30,917 nucleotides of DNA from a candidate division WOR-3 bacterium (GTDB lineage Bacteria; Hydrothermota; Tepidihabitantia; Tepidihabitantales; Tepidihabitantaceae), in assembly GCA_037441285.1 (NCBI GenBank), contig JBBISL010000022.1, positions 1 through 30,917 of the forward strand, written 5' to 3'. A program made the translations under genes and the position numbers. Positions 1 through 8,975 of the stretch are shown in pieces. Every line of letters starts with the position of its first letter. Positions within the stretch are counted from its first letter, which is position 1. The notes beneath the pieces are model-generated. The model had not been told where the DNA came from and made no database searches. It saw only the letters and a list, made by a program, of their open reading frames with translations.

Positions 1-1
1 A

Positions 2-1063
2 GATGCAGAAAAGTTGAACATTTTGAGACCCCATATCGTGTGCAGGGAGACCGAACACATCAGCGATATGATTGAGTTGATTAAGCGGATTGAAAAGAAC
101 AGTTTTGCTTACAAGACCCGGGTCGGTTTGATATTTGATACCGGCAAGTATACCGATTACTGGCATTTGGGCAGGCTGAACCTTGAAGAGCAGCGCGCCG
201 GTGCCAGGGTCGAGGTTGACCCGGAACGGAAAAACCCTTCGGACTTTGCCCTGTGGATAACAAATCAGCCCAAGCATTTGATGCAGTGGGATTCACCATG
301 GGGTAGAGGTTTTCCGGGCTGGCACATTGAGTGTTCGGCGATGTCGATGAAGTATCTGGGCGAGGAGTTTGATATTCATACCGGGGGCATTGACCACATT
401 CCGATTCACCACACCAATGAACGGGCGCAAAACTTTGCCGCTACCGGTAAGGAGGTCGTTCACTACTGGATGCACAATGCATTTCTACAGATTGGTGAGG
501 CACGAATGGGAAAGTCGGAGGGTAATATCGTGACGATATCCGAATTGGAAGAGCAGGGGTTTGAACCACTGGCGTTTCGCTACCTGTGTTTGACTGCACA
601 CTATCGGATGCCGCTTAACTTCACAAAGGAAGCGCTGAATGCGGCACAGAACGGGTTGCGGGGCTTGCGTGAACTGGGGCGAAATGCTCAGTTCTGGCAG
701 GAAGGTACCGAGCAAGACTGGTTAGCGCAGGCAAAAACGGAGTTTAAGGCGGCAATTGAGGACGATTTGAATATGCCCCAGGCGATGGCGACAGTCTGGA
801 ATTTAGTGCGGGAAGGTAATCGCCGTCAGGACCGCAGGGCATGGGAGACGGTATTAGATTTTGACCGGGTGCTGGGATTGGGTCTGCGAGAAACCGGGGT
901 CAAAGAAGCGGTACCAGAAGACATCTATCAAATGGCGGTCGAGCGGGAAGCGGCAAGGAAGGCAAAAGATTGGGCTCGTGCCGACCGGTTACGGGATGAG
1001 ATGAGAAACCGGGGATGGATTGTTGAAGACACCTTAACGGGTTGGCGATTGAAACGTGCTTGA
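2..1063 (+). CDS. cysS: Cysteine--tRNA ligase (5'-truncated by window edge)
   Basis: The frame is open from base 2. Motifs DFALW, WDSPWGRGFPGWHIECSAMS, HTGGIDH, RMGKS (KMSKS variant), a DALR-like domain and C-terminal ADRLRDE. Confidence 0.97.
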   Translation, partial: DAEKLNILRPHIVCRETEHISDMIELIKRIEKNSFAYKTRVGLIFDTGKYTDYWHLGRLNLEEQRAGARVEVDPERKNPSDFALWITNQPKHLMQWDSPWGRGFPGWHIECSAMSMKYLGEEFDIHTGGIDHIPIHHTNERAQNFAATGKEVVHYWMHNAFLQIGEARMGKSEGNIVTISELEEQGFEPLAFRYLCLTAHYRMPLNFTKEALNAAQNGLRGLRELGRNAQFWQEGTEQDWLAQAKTEFKAAIEDDLNMPQAMATVWNLVREGNRRQDRRAWETVLDFDRVLGLGLRETGVKEAVPEDIYQMAVEREAARKAKDWARADRLRDEMRNRGWIVEDTLTGWRLKRA

Positions 1064-1087
1064 CATAAAACATTTTTTGGTTATGAT
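1060..1087 (+). promoter_or_regulatory. Sigma70-like promoter for tRNA-Ile/sppA
   Basis: TTGACA (1060-1065, overlapping the cysS stop), 16-nt spacer, TATGAT (1082-1087), 10 nt before the tRNA. Confidence 0.75.
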
Positions 1088-1097
1088 AAACCGTTGT

Positions 1098-1170
1098 GGG
1101 CCCTTAGCTCAGGTGGTAGAGCACTGTGCTGATAACGCAGGGGCCAGTGGTTCGAGTCCACTAGGGCCCA
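1098..1170 (+). tRNA. tRNA-Ile(GAT), CCA not encoded
   Basis: Acceptor stem GGGCCCT/AGGGCCC, D-arm GCTC..GAGC, anticodon arm CTGTG-CTGATAA-CGCAG, T-arm AGTGG-TTCGAGT-CCACT, discriminator A followed by TTTT. Confidence 0.96.
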
Positions 1171-1180
1171 TTTTAATTTT

Positions 1181-2062
1181 ATGAGTCGGCGGGCTTTGAT
1201 TATTCTGATTGTGGGTGGAGTTGTGGTAACACTGCTCACCACGGTCCTCACGGTTCTTTTTTTTGTCGCCGGTTTGAAAGAGGAGTCGCTTGTCAGCTCT
1301 TCTAATCGGGCGTTAGGTTATGTGACAATTGAAGGTACCCTGACCGATTCCCGGGAAACTGTGCGGCAGTTGCAGATTCTTTCCAAAAATCCTGCGGTAA
1401 AAGGGATTCTTATTAGAGTTGAAAGTCCTGGTGGTGGTGTGACCGCGGCACATGAAATTTATCAGGAGATAAAACGGATTCGGGATAGTGGTAAGCCGGT
1501 AGTGGTTTCGATGGGAACGATTGCCGCATCGGGTGGTTATTATGTTGCGGCACCGGCAACGGTAATCGTTGCTAACCCCGGGACTTTAACAGGTTCAATT
1601 GGTGTCATTATGGAATTGCCGATTGTCCGAGGCCTACTGGATAAACTGGGAATGAAAGTTGAAGTGATTAAATCTAAGGAAGCAAAGGATATCGGGTCAC
1701 CGTTTCGGGAGATGACCGATATTGACCGTCGGCTTTTACAAGGGGTGGTGAGCGATGTGTATCAACAGTTTCTTGAGGTGGTGAGTGTTGAACGTTCAAT
1801 CCCGATTGACAGCCTGGAAAGAATCGCCGACGGTCGAATTCTGACCGGGCGACAGGCAAAAGCCTGGGGGTTGGTTGACACCATAGGAACCCTGGAAGAT
1901 GCAAAACGGATTTTAGCCGACCGGTGTGGAATTAAAGGTGAACCCAGGTGGATAAAGCCCAGAAAACGCATTCAGGTTTGGCTGGAAAAAATTCTCGATG
2001 AGGGGATAGCGCGGGTTCTTGGGGTGCCGCAATATCCCCGATTGCTTTTTCGTCTGTTTTAA
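1181..2062 (+). CDS. sppA: Signal peptide peptidase SppA (36K type, peptidase S49)
   Basis: N-terminal TM. Motifs ESPGGGV, KPVVVSMGTIAASGGYYVA, TLTGSIGVI, KDIGSPFR, ADGRILTGRQA..GLVD. Confidence 0.95.
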   Translation: MSRRALIILIVGGVVVTLLTTVLTVLFFVAGLKEESLVSSSNRALGYVTIEGTLTDSRETVRQLQILSKNPAVKGILIRVESPGGGVTAAHEIYQEIKRIRDSGKPVVVSMGTIAASGGYYVAAPATVIVANPGTLTGSIGVIMELPIVRGLLDKLGMKVEVIKSKEAKDIGSPFREMTDIDRRLLQGVVSDVYQQFLEVVSVERSIPIDSLERIADGRILTGRQAKAWGLVDTIGTLEDAKRILADRCGIKGEPRWIKPRKRIQVWLEKILDEGIARVLGVPQYPRLLFRLF

Positions 2063-2076
2063 CTTGAGAGTTAATG

Positions 2077-2484
2077 TCAGGTACCGGTTAAACCGGTAGC
2101 AGGGCGTAGCGGTTTCGGGGTTGTTGCGCTCCGCAACAACCGTCGGCATTGACGGATGAGGCGATGCGCCTTGCGCAACGCCTCTTCAGCCTCGCGGAGG
2201 TTGGTGCTATTTTTTGTCTTCTGGACCAGTTCCCGCGCCTGATTAAGGTTGTTTTCTACTTCGGATAACAACTGGTTTTTTTCGGGCGGAAGGGGTACTG
2301 CCTTTGCCTGAGCTAATCGGGCGGTTAGGTCATTCACGGTGGTTTCGGTCCGGGTCGCCTGACGCTTGAGGTCTTCAATGGTTACTTTTTTGCTCCGGGT
2401 GCTTTTACCGGTGAGGATTAGAAACAGAACACCGATGACCACGACAATCCCGACTACAAGCCAAACTACAACTCGAAGTTTCAT
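2077..2484 (-). CDS. Hypothetical single-TM, alpha-helical/coiled-coil protein
   Basis: 135-aa ORF with AAGGAGG SD, a hydrophobic N-terminal helix, then amphipathic helices. Confidence 0.8.
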   Translation of the reverse strand: MKLRVVVWLVVGIVVVIGVLFLILTGKSTRSKKVTIEDLKRQATRTETTVNDLTARLAQAKAVPLPPEKNQLLSEVENNLNQARELVQKTKNSTNLREAEEALRKAHRLIRQCRRLLRSATTPKPLRPATGLTGT

Positions 2485-2495
2485 ACCGCCTCCTT

Positions 2496-2529
2496 TAAGA
2501 GGGCTGCTCGATATCGAGCAGCCCTCTTA
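2496..2529. repeat. Perfect 34-bp palindrome / hairpin
   Basis: TAAGAGGGCTGCTCGAT|ATCGAGCAGCCCTCTTA, located between the two small genes and abutting the SD of the downstream gene. Confidence 0.9.
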
Positions 2530-2539
2530 TTAAACTTAG

Positions 2540-2911
2540 CTACTCTCCCTTTTCTGCTTTACGTTTCAGTTTTTGCACTTCGGTCAGTTTGTCCATTATT
2601 TCATCGCGCTTCTTGCCTAGTTCATTGAGGTCGTTTATCGTCTGGATTTCGTCCATACCAGTGCGTACTTCCTGGAGCAACTGGCGTGCCTGGTCAGCAC
2701 TGGAACCGCTCAAGCCTGCCAGTTCCCCTTCCAGTTTCTCAACGCGCTTGGTAATGTTATTGATGAATTTTGGCACATCCTCCACCTCCATCACGCGCTT
2801 GCCCAACTTCGCTTCCTGTGAACGGGTACGTAATACCCAGACCGCGAGGACGATGACAATGATGCCGAGAATCGCATATAAAACGATTCGGCCAGTTGGG
2901 ATTTTTGCCAT
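2540..2911 (-). CDS. Hypothetical single-TM, alpha-helical/coiled-coil protein
   Basis: 123-aa ORF with AAGGAGGAG SD, 13 nt after the secA stop. N-terminal TM plus helical bundle. Confidence 0.82.
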   Translation of the reverse strand: MAKIPTGRIVLYAILGIIVIVLAVWVLRTRSQEAKLGKRVMEVEDVPKFINNITKRVEKLEGELAGLSGSSADQARQLLQEVRTGMDEIQTINDLNELGKKRDEIMDKLTEVQKLKRKAEKGE

Positions 2912-2924
2912 TTACTCCTCCTTT

Positions 2925-5354
2925 TTATGGTTTAGTACCTGTTTTACTGCGCGGTTCGGTTTGCACCACCTTACCGCAGCAGTGCTTGTACTTCTTTCCC
3001 GACCCACAAGGACAGGGGTCATTTCTTCCTACTTTCGGCGTTTGGCGGCGGACCGGCGCAGTTGCCGCTGCGGCAGGTGCTGGGCTACTTTCGACTGATG
3101 CTGTGGCAGTTGGTTTATAGGCTTGCACCGCCGCGGCACGGCGTTGTTGCACTCGGTCCTCGCCGCTCTTCGGGTCAACCCGGAAAAGTAAGCGTAAAGC
3201 GCTCTGATAAAATTGTTGCATTGTTTCGCTGAACAGCCGGAAAGACTCCTGTTTGTATTCGACAAGCGGGTCTTTCTGGCCATATGCTTGCAAGCCAATT
3301 CCTTCGCGCAATATATCCAGTTGATGCAAATGGTCCCGCCACGCTTCGTCGAGAGTTGCGAGGAAAACCCGGCGGCACCATTCAAAAAACAGCTCTTGCC
3401 CTAATTCCTCTTTCAGTGCTTCGTAGCGCTTTTGGGCGATGCTGTTGACATGCTCCTTAATCTGCTCCGGAGTAATCCGGCTCCGTTCCGATTCGGATAT
3501 CAAAAGGTCTGTAAGAAAGGTTTTCAATAGCTCTTCGCGTAACCCAGTCCAATCCCAGTCTTCAGAGTGACGTTCGGTCGCGAACCGATTGAGTAGTTGT
3601 TCTGTGAAGCCGTGCACGATATCGGTAAAGACCCGGGTTAACTCTTTTTCTTTTAAGATGGTGTCCCGCAGGGTATAAATCACCTCGCGCTGGCGGTTCA
3701 TTACATCATCGTAATCTAAAAGATGGCGGCGGATTTCGGCGTTGCGAATCTCCACCCGTTTCTGGGCGTTGGCGATGACCCGGGTAACAAGTCCGCTCTG
3801 GACCGGTTCGTCTTCTTTACCGCCCCAGCGGTCCATAATGCTGGCGAGTCGGTCGCTCCCAAAAAGGCGTAACAGGTCGTCTTCAAATGATATGAAGAAA
3901 CGGGAGGAACCAGGGTCGCCTTGCCGGCCTGAACGACCTCGCAACTGGTCGTCGATGCGCCGGGCTTCGTGCCTTTCGGTACCAATCACATACAACCCAC
4001 AGGGTACCTCTTCGTAGCATCTTCCCGGTTTTTCTTCCCAGTAGGAGCACTTGCCGTCACCCGAAACCAGATAGCACCTTTCACCTTTTACCACCCCTTT
4101 GCCTAATTTGATGTCAGTACCCCGGCCCGCCATATTGGTTGCGATGGTGACCGCGCCCGGTTCACCGGCACGGGCGATAATCTGGCTTTCGGCTTCGTGG
4201 TTTTTGGCGTTGAGAATTGAGTAACGGATGCCAGTGGGCCGCAACATTCGGTCCAGTTCTTCTGATGCCTGCACCGAGGTAGTGCCGACGAGAATCGGTC
4301 GGCCCAGTTTGTGCCATTTGACAATCTCATCTACTACCGCCCGATACTTTGCCTTTTTTGTACGGAGCACCACATCAGGATAGTCAATGCGGCGTACCGG
4401 CGCATTAGTTGGAATCTCTATCGCCTCCAGTTTATACACATTGTAAAGTTCAGCGGCGATGGTCATCGCGGTGCCGGACATTCCCGCAATCTTTTCATAC
4501 ATCCGGAAGTAGTTTTGAATGGTGATAGTGCCAAAGGTCTGGGTTTCTTCGCGCACCTGAACCTGTTCTTTTGCTTCCAGTGCTTCATGCAAGCCATCTG
4601 AGAACCTGCGTCCCGGCATCAGCCTGCCTGTAAACTCGTCGACAATTACCACATTGCCGTCCGGCGTCACCACATAGTCAACATCCTTTTCAAACAGTGC
4701 ATAGGCTTTCAAGAGGGCATGGATATTTGCCAAGCGGTCGCTCTGTTCGGCATAACGCCGGTAGGTTTCTTCTTTACGACGGGCACGCTCTTCAGGCGTG
4801 AGGGTCGGGTCTACATCCCATTGGGCAAGTTCGCTGGCGATGTCGGGTAAAACAAACAAATTTGGGTTGTTGGGGGCAAGGGCAGCACGTCCCTTGTCGG
4901 TGAGGTCTACGGAGTGGTCGCGTTCATCAATTATAAAGAACAACTCGCGGTCAATTTCGTGCAGCCTTTTATCCCGGCGCAGGACACCGTCCGCCTGTTC
5001 AATCAGGCGCATCACCCCTTCCTGCTGGCGGAGACGCATCAGGTTTTTGTTTTTTGGTGCACCCCGCAACGCCTGGAGGAGTTTGACCCCGGCTTCAAAG
5101 TTTTTGCCCTGGCGTAAAAGCCTTTCGCCTTCAGCAACAATACGGTCAACAAGTCTATCCTGTTCCCGAAAAAGCCGGCTGACGAGCGGCACCAGTTCCT
5201 GCAACTGCTTTTGCTTGGAAAAACCAACCGGTCCGGATATGATGAGTGGGGTTCGCGCTTCGTCAACAAGGATGATATCGACTTCGTCAATAATTGCGTA
5301 ATAGTGGCCCCGTTGCACCTTGTCTTCATAGTTTAGGAGGATATTGTCTCGCAT
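2925..5354 (-). CDS. secA: Preprotein translocase SecA, C-terminal fragment (DEVD, PPXD, NBD2, wing/scaffold, SEC-C)
   Basis: [100 protein letters not shown]. In frame with the upstream fragment across a single TAA. Confidence 0.95.
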   Translation of the reverse strand: MRDNILLNYEDKVQRGHYYAIIDEVDIILVDEARTPLIISGPVGFSKQKQLQELVPLVSRLFREQDRLVDRIVAEGERLLRQGKNFEAGVKLLQALRGAPKNKNLMRLRQQEGVMRLIEQADGVLRRDKRLHEIDRELFFIIDERDHSVDLTDKGRAALAPNNPNLFVLPDIASELAQWDVDPTLTPEERARRKEETYRRYAEQSDRLANIHALLKAYALFEKDVDYVVTPDGNVVIVDEFTGRLMPGRRFSDGLHEALEAKEQVQVREETQTFGTITIQNYFRMYEKIAGMSGTAMTIAAELYNVYKLEAIEIPTNAPVRRIDYPDVVLRTKKAKYRAVVDEIVKWHKLGRPILVGTTSVQASEELDRMLRPTGIRYSILNAKNHEAESQIIARAGEPGAVTIATNMAGRGTDIKLGKGVVKGERCYLVSGDGKCSYWEEKPGRCYEEVPCGLYVIGTERHEARRIDDQLRGRSGRQGDPGSSRFFISFEDDLLRLFGSDRLASIMDRWGGKEDEPVQSGLVTRVIANAQKRVEIRNAEIRRHLLDYDDVMNRQREVIYTLRDTILKEKELTRVFTDIVHGFTEQLLNRFATERHSEDWDWTGLREELLKTFLTDLLISESERSRITPEQIKEHVNSIAQKRYEALKEELGQELFFEWCRRVFLATLDEAWRDHLHQLDILREGIGLQAYGQKDPLVEYKQESFRLFSETMQQFYQSALRLLFRVDPKSGEDRVQQRRAAAVQAYKPTATASVESSPAPAAAATAPVRRQTPKVGRNDPCPCGSGKKYKHCCGKVVQTEPRSKTGTKP

Positions 5355-5948
5355 TTAATCAAAACCAAATTCGTTGTTAGTCCCGTAAGTAATGTCACAG
5401 GCATACTGGGGTCGGCGTTCTTCCGGTGTCATACCGGATTGAATGTTGCCGACGGTCAAACCCAGCGACTCAAATATTGGTCCCATCCATTCCCGGTCAC
5501 GGCGGGCAAGGTAATCGTTGACCGTAACGAGGTGACACCCCTTTTTGGTCAGGGCATTGAGATAAAGGGGCATGGTCGCGACTAGTGTTTTGCCTTCACC
5601 GGTCTTCATCTCAGCTACTTTACCTTCGTGTAAAACAATGCCACCGATTAACTGGACATCAAATGGCACCATATCCCAGGTGATTTCCTGATTGGTTACG
5701 GTCCATCTTTTGCCAACCAGCCGCCGGCAGGTTTCCTTAACCAGGGCAAACGCTTCGGGCAGGATATCGTTCAGAGGCTCACCGTCCTTGATTCGGGCGA
5801 TAAACTCTTCAGTTTTGCGGGGTAGGTCGGCATCAGCGAGTTTGTGATATGATTCGTAAATATCATTAATCTCGGCGACTATTTTCCGCAGTCGCCTTAC
5901 CTCCCTCTCACTCTTAGTCGGAATCAACTTCCTGAGCGCTTGAAGCAT
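5355..5948 (-). CDS. secA: Preprotein translocase SecA, N-terminal fragment ending at an internal TAA
   Basis: [12 protein letters not shown], Walker [32 protein letters not shown], then TAA (5355-5357) where Tyr is expected. Confidence 0.95.
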   Translation of the reverse strand: MLQALRKLIPTKSEREVRRLRKIVAEINDIYESYHKLADADLPRKTEEFIARIKDGEPLNDILPEAFALVKETCRRLVGKRWTVTNQEITWDMVPFDVQLIGGIVLHEGKVAEMKTGEGKTLVATMPLYLNALTKKGCHLVTVNDYLARRDREWMGPIFESLGLTVGNIQSGMTPEERRPQYACDITYGTNNEFGFD

Positions 5949-5958
5949 TATATTAATA

Positions 5959-5987
5959 ATTTTAGCAATTTATTCACGGTTTGTAAA
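5959..5987 (-). promoter_or_regulatory. Putative secA promoter
   Basis: TTTACA-17 nt-TAAAAT with extended -10 TG; the ATG is 10 nt downstream and there is no SD. Confidence 0.6.
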
Positions 5988-5992
5988 GTTTG

Positions 5993-7720
5993 TCAACTTA
6001 AACGGCGGAGTGCCCTTTCCATCTCGGCACGAACTTCGGCAAATCCTTCGCGGCTGATGGCACTTTTAAGTGCAGGAGCTGCCTGCGGGTCGCCAATCGC
6101 GGCAAGGGCATTGGCAGCAGCTTTGCGGACTTCACGGCTGGAGTCGGAGAGGGCAATGCAGAGTTCCTTTACCGCCTCCCGAGCGCCAATTTTACCCAGC
6201 GTTTTAACCACGGCAAGCCGGATTTCTTCATGCTGGTCGCGCAATCGGGGAATAAGACAGTTCAGGGCGGGTTTTCCGGTGTTTATCAAACCCTGCCATT
6301 CCTGACGGGCACAGAGAAACTGCAATCGGGTTTCGGGTTCGGTGGGAACCGCGCCTTGAGCAGCAAGGGCATCAGCGGCTGCTTTGCGCACCGCAGCATC
6401 TTCATCGGTCAGTGCCTTGACCAGTGCCGACGTTGTTTCTGCCCGGGGAGGAAAGTTCAGCCCAAGGGCACGGGCAGCATACTCTCTGCCATTGGGATTA
6501 GTTTCGGTTAAAAGGAACTGGGCGAGTTGGGTACCAGCATCAGGATAGGTTTTGGGGTTAAGCGCCTTTGCTGCTGCCTCCCGAACCTCAAGGTCGCCGT
6601 CCCTGAGGGCAAATATCAACCGTTCCTGCGCCCGAATCCGGTATTCGGGCTTGGTTTTTTCTGGTAGATGGGCAAGGGTGGCAGCGGCACGAACCCGGGT
6701 TTCAACATCAAGGTCATCAAGCGCAGTCAAAAGCAACTCTATTGCCGAGTCTGGTGATTGGGGCAAAATCGATTCACCAATTGCTTTGAGTGCTGCAACT
6801 TTGAGTTCATCCGGTTCCTCACCGCTGTGGAACAGTTCGGCAAATCGTTCCTGTGCTGCTTGAGGGGCAATCTCTGCCAACCGGATGAGCGCCAGTGCCT
6901 GAAGGTTGGTTAAACCTTCTTCAGCCAGCCTTGGTTCAACATCTTCTCTTAGTACTCGGGCATCACTTATTGTTCGAATTAATTTCTCGAGCGTCTTTGT
7001 GGCGGCCTTGCGCTCAGATTCGTCATCACTCAACTTTATCCGGGCGAGATGAAAGTTCAGCGCCTGCTCGAGGTTCTTCGGTTCCCAATGCCGGCGCGAA
7101 AGTATTTTCAGGGCAATCAATCGCTCTTGAGGAGAAGGGGCGCAAAGCCGATTAACAATTTCCTGCTGTGCTGCGGGCGATTCTACCTGCGCCAGTGCTT
7201 CCAGGCAGTGGTCATAAAGTTCATACAGTTTCAAGAGTTTTGTCAGGTAGGTGCGGTATTCCTGGTCAACTTCCTGTAATCGACGGTGCAACTCGTTTTG
7301 CAACATTTCTCTTTCATTGGATTTACCCCGGCTCAACTCCTTCTCATACGGGGCAACAATCCGCTTCTGCACCGCCACCCTGATGTCGCGCACAACCCGG
7401 GCAACAGTTCCTAAACCGGTTTCAGCGTTTTCCCATTGAAAATCAGGGTCTGAGGGCAAAGTTTCCAGTTGGGCAGGAGGCGCGGGAATCCGTAACAGGA
7501 TGTCAAAGATGAAGTTGATATCGTCTGGGGTACCGGATTGAGCCCGACTGGTAACTATACTCTTTGCCTCATCCATCTGTATTTCCAGCCGGGTTGTGAA
7601 GTCGTGGAGTTTATCCTCCAGTCCGGGTTGGTTCAAATCCACCGTTTCAAAGATGTGCCACAAAGACAAAAGGCTGAGGAGTTTTGCACCCGGCTCCTTT
7701 TTGCCGAAAAGCCATCTCAT
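5993..7720 (-). CDS. HEAT (PBS lyase-like) repeat protein
   Basis: Repeated L..AL.D.D..VR.AAA.AL units in the C-terminal half; helical N-terminal region. Confidence 0.88.
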   Translation of the reverse strand: MRWLFGKKEPGAKLLSLLSLWHIFETVDLNQPGLEDKLHDFTTRLEIQMDEAKSIVTSRAQSGTPDDINFIFDILLRIPAPPAQLETLPSDPDFQWENAETGLGTVARVVRDIRVAVQKRIVAPYEKELSRGKSNEREMLQNELHRRLQEVDQEYRTYLTKLLKLYELYDHCLEALAQVESPAAQQEIVNRLCAPSPQERLIALKILSRRHWEPKNLEQALNFHLARIKLSDDESERKAATKTLEKLIRTISDARVLREDVEPRLAEEGLTNLQALALIRLAEIAPQAAQERFAELFHSGEEPDELKVAALKAIGESILPQSPDSAIELLLTALDDLDVETRVRAAATLAHLPEKTKPEYRIRAQERLIFALRDGDLEVREAAAKALNPKTYPDAGTQLAQFLLTETNPNGREYAARALGLNFPPRAETTSALVKALTDEDAAVRKAAADALAAQGAVPTEPETRLQFLCARQEWQGLINTGKPALNCLIPRLRDQHEEIRLAVVKTLGKIGAREAVKELCIALSDSSREVRKAAANALAAIGDPQAAPALKSAISREGFAEVRAEMERALRRLS

Positions 7721-7726
7721 TAAGAA

Positions 7727-7755
7727 AGATTAACAGGAAAAGATAAAGCGGTCAA
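7727..7755 (-). promoter_or_regulatory. Putative promoter (leaderless geometry) for the HEAT gene
   Basis: TTGACC-17 nt-TAATCT preceded by TG; the ATG is 6 nt after the -10. Confidence 0.65.
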
Positions 7756-7793
7756 GCGTCCAGAATGGTCGATGTTAGAAAAGGCGTTTGTTG

Positions 7794-8495
7794 TTATCTG
7801 ATGGCAAAGGTGACAGTTACGGTGACCCGAATGTCCTTATTTTTGGTTGCGGTGCTGTAAATACCGTAGTCGGAAACTTCGGTTGAATACGGTTCGGTAA
7901 TCTGGAACACACCCTGACGGGCAGAGGTGATTTTGCCGATTCGGGCACCAGCGCTGCGCGCAATTTCCTGTGCCCGGCTGATGGCGTCTTTTGTTGCTGC
8001 AGCGAGCAGTTCTTTCTTTAACTCGTCAATTTTCGTGTAATTGTATTCGAGTACCGAGTTTTCCAGCAGGATGCCCTTTTCGTAAATAAAGTCCGGGTCG
8101 CTTGCCAGACTTTCCACGCGGCTAACATTTTTGGTGATAATAAAAAGCGACTGGCGGATTGCATAGCCAACCTGTCTGCCATCACCCCAGATTGGACTGA
8201 CCGATGGTGGTTGAACAGTGACATCTTTGCTTTCAAGCCCTTTTTTGTCCAGCGCCTCAATGAGGCTGTTCACCTGCTCTTTAAGTTTACGATAACCACT
8301 GGTTACATCGTTTAGTGATGTGTTACTGGTAACGGTCAGGGTCCATTTGACAATGTCCGACTCAAAACCCTTACTGGCGTAGCCGATTACCTTGATTGTC
8401 TTTTCGGCTTTTCTGCCTGCATAAAAGAAGATGCCAAGAATCAAGGCGCAAAGCACCAGTCCAGTGCTGATAATAAGAATCTCCTTGGTCTTCAT
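7794..8495 (-). CDS. SIMPL (DUF541) domain protein
   Basis: N-terminal TM, 'TIKVIGYA', 'K.ELLAAATKDA..RA.EIA', 'ARQGVFQIT...STEVSDYGIY.T...KDIRVTV.V.F'. GGAGG SD. Confidence 0.85.
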   Translation of the reverse strand: MKTKEILIISTGLVLCALILGIFFYAGRKAEKTIKVIGYASKGFESDIVKWTLTVTSNTSLNDVTSGYRKLKEQVNSLIEALDKKGLESKDVTVQPPSVSPIWGDGRQVGYAIRQSLFIITKNVSRVESLASDPDFIYEKGILLENSVLEYNYTKIDELKKELLAAATKDAISRAQEIARSAGARIGKITSARQGVFQITEPYSTEVSDYGIYSTATKNKDIRVTVTVTFAIR

Positions 8496-8525
8496 AAATC
8501 CTCCAAAATTTGGTTGATATAACTA

Positions 8526-8554
8526 ACATTATATTAAGGTTTTTCTGTTGTCAA
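8526..8554 (-). promoter_or_regulatory. Putative promoter for the SIMPL gene
   Basis: TTGACA followed by TATAATGT at 15-17 nt spacing. Confidence 0.6.
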
Positions 8555-8725
8555 ATTTTAGAGGGTTAAGCAAATTTGTATTCGAATCACTTATCCTGCC
8601 ACCTGTTAACACGATACCATTTGTGAACACGGATTTGAGGTACAAAGCCTACGGTTTACTGGGAAGGGTTGAATGGTGCAGAAGTTGGAAAATCTGAGCA
8701 TCATTTTTATACCTACTCAGCAGTC

Positions 8726-8747
8726 CAGGGGTAATTCCCGGGATAGT
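8726..8747. repeat. 22-bp intergenic motif, copy 1
   Basis: CAGGGGTAATTCCCGGGATAGT is 20/22 identical to 22530-22551. Confidence 0.6.
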
Positions 8748-8975
8748 CTTCGACACCCTGTTTTAAGTCGTTTCTTTTACCAATTTCAATATCTCCAAGG
8801 GACTTATTTAAGATGGGGCTGTATAGATTATCTTATTGGTAATCAATGAGGTTATGTCCGATAACAGTTCGGACGCCTGTTTCGGAAAAGTGGTTTCTGT
8901 AATGTTAGAGAAGGTGTTTACCGGGTTTGTGTCTGGCGTTTTTGCCAGGGTTGGTTTCCGGCTAACAGGGAGTGT

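Noticed and set aside
1150..1170. tRNA 3' end as an integration site
   Set aside because: I noticed no duplicated att-like copy and no integrase in the window, and the flanking genes are housekeeping.
5355..5357. Genome-wide TAA reassignment (alternative genetic code) explaining the secA stop
   Set aside because: TAA, TAG and TGA all terminate conserved genes at the expected positions (e.g. sppA and glnA TAA, ridA TAG, cysS TGA), and no other gene here is interrupted.
5340..5370. Split intein or intron at the secA break
   Set aside because: There is no inserted sequence. The halves are collinear with zero gap and show no intein (C...HN) or intron features.
8496..8975. CRISPR array, riboswitch or IS remnant in the long spacers
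   Set aside because: No regularly spaced repeats, transposase fragments or riboswitch consensus that I can recognise; only short hairpins (e.g. GTCCGA-N7-TCGGAC). An Rfam scan would be needed to exclude an ncRNA.
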